From Anthoceros angustus (lineage: Eukaryota; Plantae; Anthocerotophyta), in NCBI GenBank assembly GCA_010909165.1, contig VJWM01000063.1:1674001-1738000 (forward strand): a DNA stretch of 64,000 nucleotides. The letters run 5' to 3'. A program made the translations under genes and the position numbers. The notes under the pieces were generated by a model. That model had not been told where the DNA came from. It did no database searches and was given only the letters and a program-made list of their open reading frames with translations. Positions 59,901-64,000 of the stretch are shown here, in pieces (within the stretch, counting starts at the first letter, position 1; each line of letters opens with the position of its first letter).

Positions 59901-62293
59901 ATGAACTTTTGGTCCATGATAGCGTCATAAATTGAAAGGAACACACAGTGCTTCTGTTTCTCCTTGCCAACCCCACCGTCATTTCGGCATCATGATAGCT
60001 TGAGATGTTGCGTCGTTGAAACAGTGAGTGGGTCGTGGGTCGATGGCCAAAATACGGCAGTCTTCGATTCTTGTCGGATCATATCCATAACCCCGACATC
60101 GGTGGCGCCGACTCATCCTTTTTTCCTCTTGCGGGTTTTCGCCCCATGTGTCGACTCGAGTCCCACTGCCGTCCGGCTGTCCTTGTTTTGCACTTCACCC
60201 CTCGAATCCGCGGTCTCGGCTGCTAAGGGAGTTACACCTGTGATGCCATCCGAAATCGCAACCCTCGCGTTAAGTGTGGCGTTCGTGCCTTTCTCCCCGT
60301 CCGCTGGATTCTCATGCCCTTTTCTTTTTTCGCTGACTCCCATACCGAGTCCCTCGTCAGGTTTTTGTGGTTGGACTTCCCTTCCTTCCCCGCCTGATGA
60401 AGACGCCTCTTCTTCTTCACTTGCGGACGTTATGGAAGCCCCCACTCCGTTCTTCTTCCTTTTTTTCCCTCGCTCCCCCCTTCTTAGGGTGTCCGCCTTC
60501 CTCTCGCCGCTCCTGTCCAGGCAGCCATCGGGAGTTCCGTAATACCCACTATCCACATCCCCAACCCTTCCGGGCTCCTCGATGCAGCCTCGGAATCCTC
60601 CCATACCGCCATGAGCGCATCTTGACTTGCATTGCGGCAGGCTTTCTTGTCAGTGGGTCGTATCGGAGGTTGAGCGATCCTCACTGTTTTCGGTGTCTGG
60701 CGGAGGCTGCCGGCTCATGACCGATTGCTTGCGCCCACACACGCCTTTCAAAATCACCATTCCTGGCGAGATGCGGAGGGGCATCCAGCAAGATGCGAAC
60801 CCTCGGCAATTGTAACATGACGGCACTCATTTGCGGGGTTCCTTGCCATCGATTGCGAATGCCCATGCATGTGGGTTTCGCAAACTCGAGGTACAAAGTT
60901 TTGGTACCGAGATCGGTGTTGCCTCTTGAATTTGGTATGTATCTTCCAAGCACATCTCCTCATCCTCCTCGTAGAGTAGTTGCACTTTTGTTTGGACGAT
61001 TCGACCTCGAGTGCTGTCCACAAGTTGAGCGAAGAGATTCGCGCTCCGGTAACCCTTCTTCTATCATGGTCCTTGATGGCATTAAGATGGAGTTTCTCGG
61101 TTTGACCATCATTTCCTCCATCTTGTTCCCTTGTTGCTCCACTTTTTGGCTCTTGTTTCCACCTCTCTTCTCACACTCCCGTCCTTTCGTGCATATAGCT
61201 CCTTCCCTTTTGCACGTCGTCTTGTTTCCCGATCATTTTTCCCTTCTTCCTTCTATCCCTTGATTCGCTCACCTTCGGCGAATTCTCCTCCGAATCCTCA
61301 TTGGTCTCCTCTTGGTGGAGCTACCCGAGGAGTCGGTTGAAAACTATCCTCCTCCGGAGCTGTCATCGGAGGGCGAATAGTACTTCTTCTTCTTTTGTAT
61401 TTCTTTTTGTCCTTAGTGCGCCCTTGTTGAGTTCTTCTTCTCTTCCGCGTTGGACTCCTCATAGTTCGAGCGGCTTTAATCGCCGATCCAAATCTTTCGG
61501 CTGGACGTGCCTTCCCATCTCCGCCCAATCCTCTTGCAAACCCGGTGAATGGCCATTAGCTCAGTGCGGACCCGGCCCGATCCGTGGGGTGGAACCTTTC
61601 CACATAAGCTGCGGTCTCCTTCTTCCTCTCCATCCCTCGAGTTTGGACAAGACATATCCTTCCACATCGACCCCTCCAGATCTTTCACAAAAGCTCTCTT
61701 CAAGGCCCCAAAGTAGGCGGGGTGTGGCGAAGCTATGTACTCCCGCTTGTACCACTTGGCGCCGCTCGCGTAAGACTCCATAAAGCAGTGGGCACGATCG
61801 CATCCTCACGGTTGTGGCGTCAAGCTGCTCAAAACGCTCGACAAACTCGTCGGGATCCTCATGGCCCTTCTTTTCTCCGTCAGGTAAGATTGCTTAGTAG
61901 TAACGAAGATCGCCATAACTACGGGGTAGTACTTTCCAGCGGTGGTAGTTGGCCACTACGTGGGGACCTCTACATTCACAGTTGATTGGGCGGTCTAGGC
62001 AATGGGCGAGATCAAAAGACAAGGTGGGATCGGGTACACGGCCCTTGTACCGTGAGTCGAGGTTGGGAATCAATCCGTTAAGATCCGATCCCTAGTTCCG
62101 AGTTGACTCCTGTCCTTCCTCGTCCAAAGTGTGATCTCCGCCCGTGCTCTCCTCGTAACTCTCAATCTTTCGCGCTTGGCGTTGCTTAGCGTTTCCCGAT
62201 CGGATCGAATCGCTTGTCTCCACCCGAGGCATCCATCAATCTAGTAATGCTAGACTCTACGTAAGCTAGTTAGTCCTTCCTCGTCCTTGGATT

Positions 62294-62310
62294 CCATTCC
62301 CGGCGCGCCA
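62294..62310 (-). promoter_or_regulatory. primer-binding site of the gypsy element
   Basis: TGGCGCGCCGGGAATGG, 3 nt inside the 5' LTR end (...CTCCACA). Cognate tRNA not established. Confidence 0.65.
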
Positions 62311-62313
62311 AAA

Positions 62314-64000
62314 TGTGGAGTGTGGATTCGTGTCCGGACACGTGAGGTCCACATTCACCCTCAATGTCGTTGTAGGCTTAGGATTCGCTCCCAAGGGAAT
62401 GGTTTGTGCCGAGGCGCTAACTATCTCGCCCTTCACCTAAGTCAAGACTTACTGTACTCCTCTTACCTACTCAACCACTACTACCCCTTGTCTAGCCACC
62501 ACGGCTCTTATTCCACGACCGCAAATCTCATTCCACGCGGTGCTCTCACCGGTAGTTGCTTACCAGGTGGGTCCCACACCCAAACCCTAGCGACTTATTT
62601 CCGGGCGCGCGCGCGCGGATCCGCCACGGCGTCACCGTACGGATCGGACTCTGCACTCCACTTCATGCACACACACACACCGATTCCTAGGGACCTAAAT
62701 TCCACAAATCCTCACGCTCCACACACACACACAAAAGGCGCCACACTCACACAACTTTATACAAGGGCTGCCCCCCTTGACACCGGTTTGGTTTCTTTTG
62801 GATTCACACAATTCTCCGCTAGCCTCTCAATTAGTTCCTTCTCAACCTCTCACACCTCGCGCCAGCGTCTGATGTTTAGTCACTCCTTCACCCAATCTTC
62901 TCTCTCTCTCTCTCCCTCAACTCGCGGGCTTCCAACCATCCACTCAACACTTCTCTTAATTGAACACAACTAGCGGGGACAAGTGTGAAGGAAAAAAGAA
63001 CCCCGGCGTCCAGGCGGGCGTTCTGAGCAAGCTCCGGACCGCCAATCCCTTGGTTTCCTCCTCCTTTGTCGGCAAGATTGCTTTCACCCCTCCTCCCCGG
63101 TGCGGAGCAAGCTCGACCACCCCTAGGGCGTCGCGCACCACCTCTGTCAATCGGACGTCTCCAACCAGCCCGCAGGCGTGGGGATCTCAACCGAGTGCTC
63201 GGCGTGAGGGACCTATTCGCCCCTCTTATACATCGTGGGGCACCACCGATTTTAGGTCCTAAGATGGCTATCGCGAAGGGCGCCCACAATTCGGGCGATC
63301 CTAGGTCGATGCGGCATCCTAACCAAATTATCTTTAGGTTGCTACCTCGACCTCGCTGTCTGCCTACCTCGACTTGGCGTCGGCCTCGTCCTCCATTGCT
63401 GCCACGAGCTCTCACCTTGCCGTGGTCGGACGGGTTCTCCCACTACTTCCACCTCACATCGCTGCTGGCGTCCGAATTTGAGGTGTACCACCACCCTGGG
63501 CTTCCGCATCTTCCGGCCGCCTTTGAGGATTATTCGGCTCCTCGTCCACCCAAGCTGGACCTCCTCCTCGCTCAACTCCTCCAAAGTCGCCTCCGCATAA
63601 TGAGCCAACCCCACAGGCGCGATGGTAGAAGTATGCCGGGTCCTCACTTGCAGTGGTAGGCCACATCCCTCCTATTTCCACACGCACATGGGCGGTGAGG
63701 TTAAGCGTTCTCCATTCACATATAGACCGAGGCACATAAGTTTCCTCATCCATGTGCCGTAATATAATAGGACCCTCTGCGGTGAGGTGCTTACCCCTCC
63801 TCCCGTAGGCTACACACAGTTGCACGGCCTATGTCCTCGCGAGGCGCCACGTCGCATCCTGTCGCCCGCCACCTCCGGGTTGGTTGCGCCAATGTCGGTA
63901 GTTTCGACTACGCGTAGTGGACTCCACGGCCGTCGTTCGTTCAACCGTAGGTGAGGTTTCGGCTACCTCGGTTCTTCCTTCCTCGGTAGGCCCTTCCGCT
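62314..64000 (-). repeat. 5' LTR of the gypsy element (runs just past the window edge)
   Basis: The plus strand begins TGTGGAGTGTGGATTCGTGTCC and matches 48564-50286. Confidence 0.9.

Larger units (their letters stand above)
48564..64000 (-). mobile_element. near-complete Ty3/gypsy LTR retrotransposon (~15.5 kb), gag-PR-RT-RH-INT plus an extra 3' ORF, frameshifted
   Basis: Paired ~1.7 kb LTRs, PBS and PPT. Protease site VPLDSG (~59720), RT FMEVFLDDF (~58400), RH MVYSVRKFRHYLL (~57860), integrase TQQTPYYLTYG and WMGPY (~56400-56800). Confidence 0.93.

Overview
Plant nuclear genomic DNA. The short spliceosomal introns and the TE families suggest an early-diverging land plant or streptophyte (inference). 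Positions ~3.7-38 kb are gene-dense: a small 2-TM protein, KAE1, MZT1/GIP1, a divergent SWEET, a three-exon secreted PAN/apple-like protein, a twin-Cx9C mitochondrial protein head-to-head with TIM9, a 47-aa wound-induced basic protein, a CYP85-clan P450, a NIPA Mg transporter, AATF/BFR2 and RTF1/VIP5. The PAN and wound-induced genes are only visible after manual splicing. Copia, gypsy and RLE-type (CRE-like) non-LTR fragments interrupt this part, and a partial tandem RTF1 duplicate follows it. Positions ~41.6-64 kb are a decayed CACTA-like element with a nested ~15.5 kb Ty3/gypsy LTR element. Host genes have clean frames, whereas repeats and duplicates are indel-rich, so some tandem duplications may be assembly artefacts. 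The best leads are: the stand-alone secreted PAN protein tail-to-tail with SWEET; a possible MZT1-KAE1 dicistronic or shared-promoter unit; an inverted copy of a host 3'UTR fused to the 5' end of a CRE-like retroelement; two collinear halves of that element 10.6 kb apart; and a 30-bp hairpin array. No database searches were run, so family calls rest on remembered motifs.
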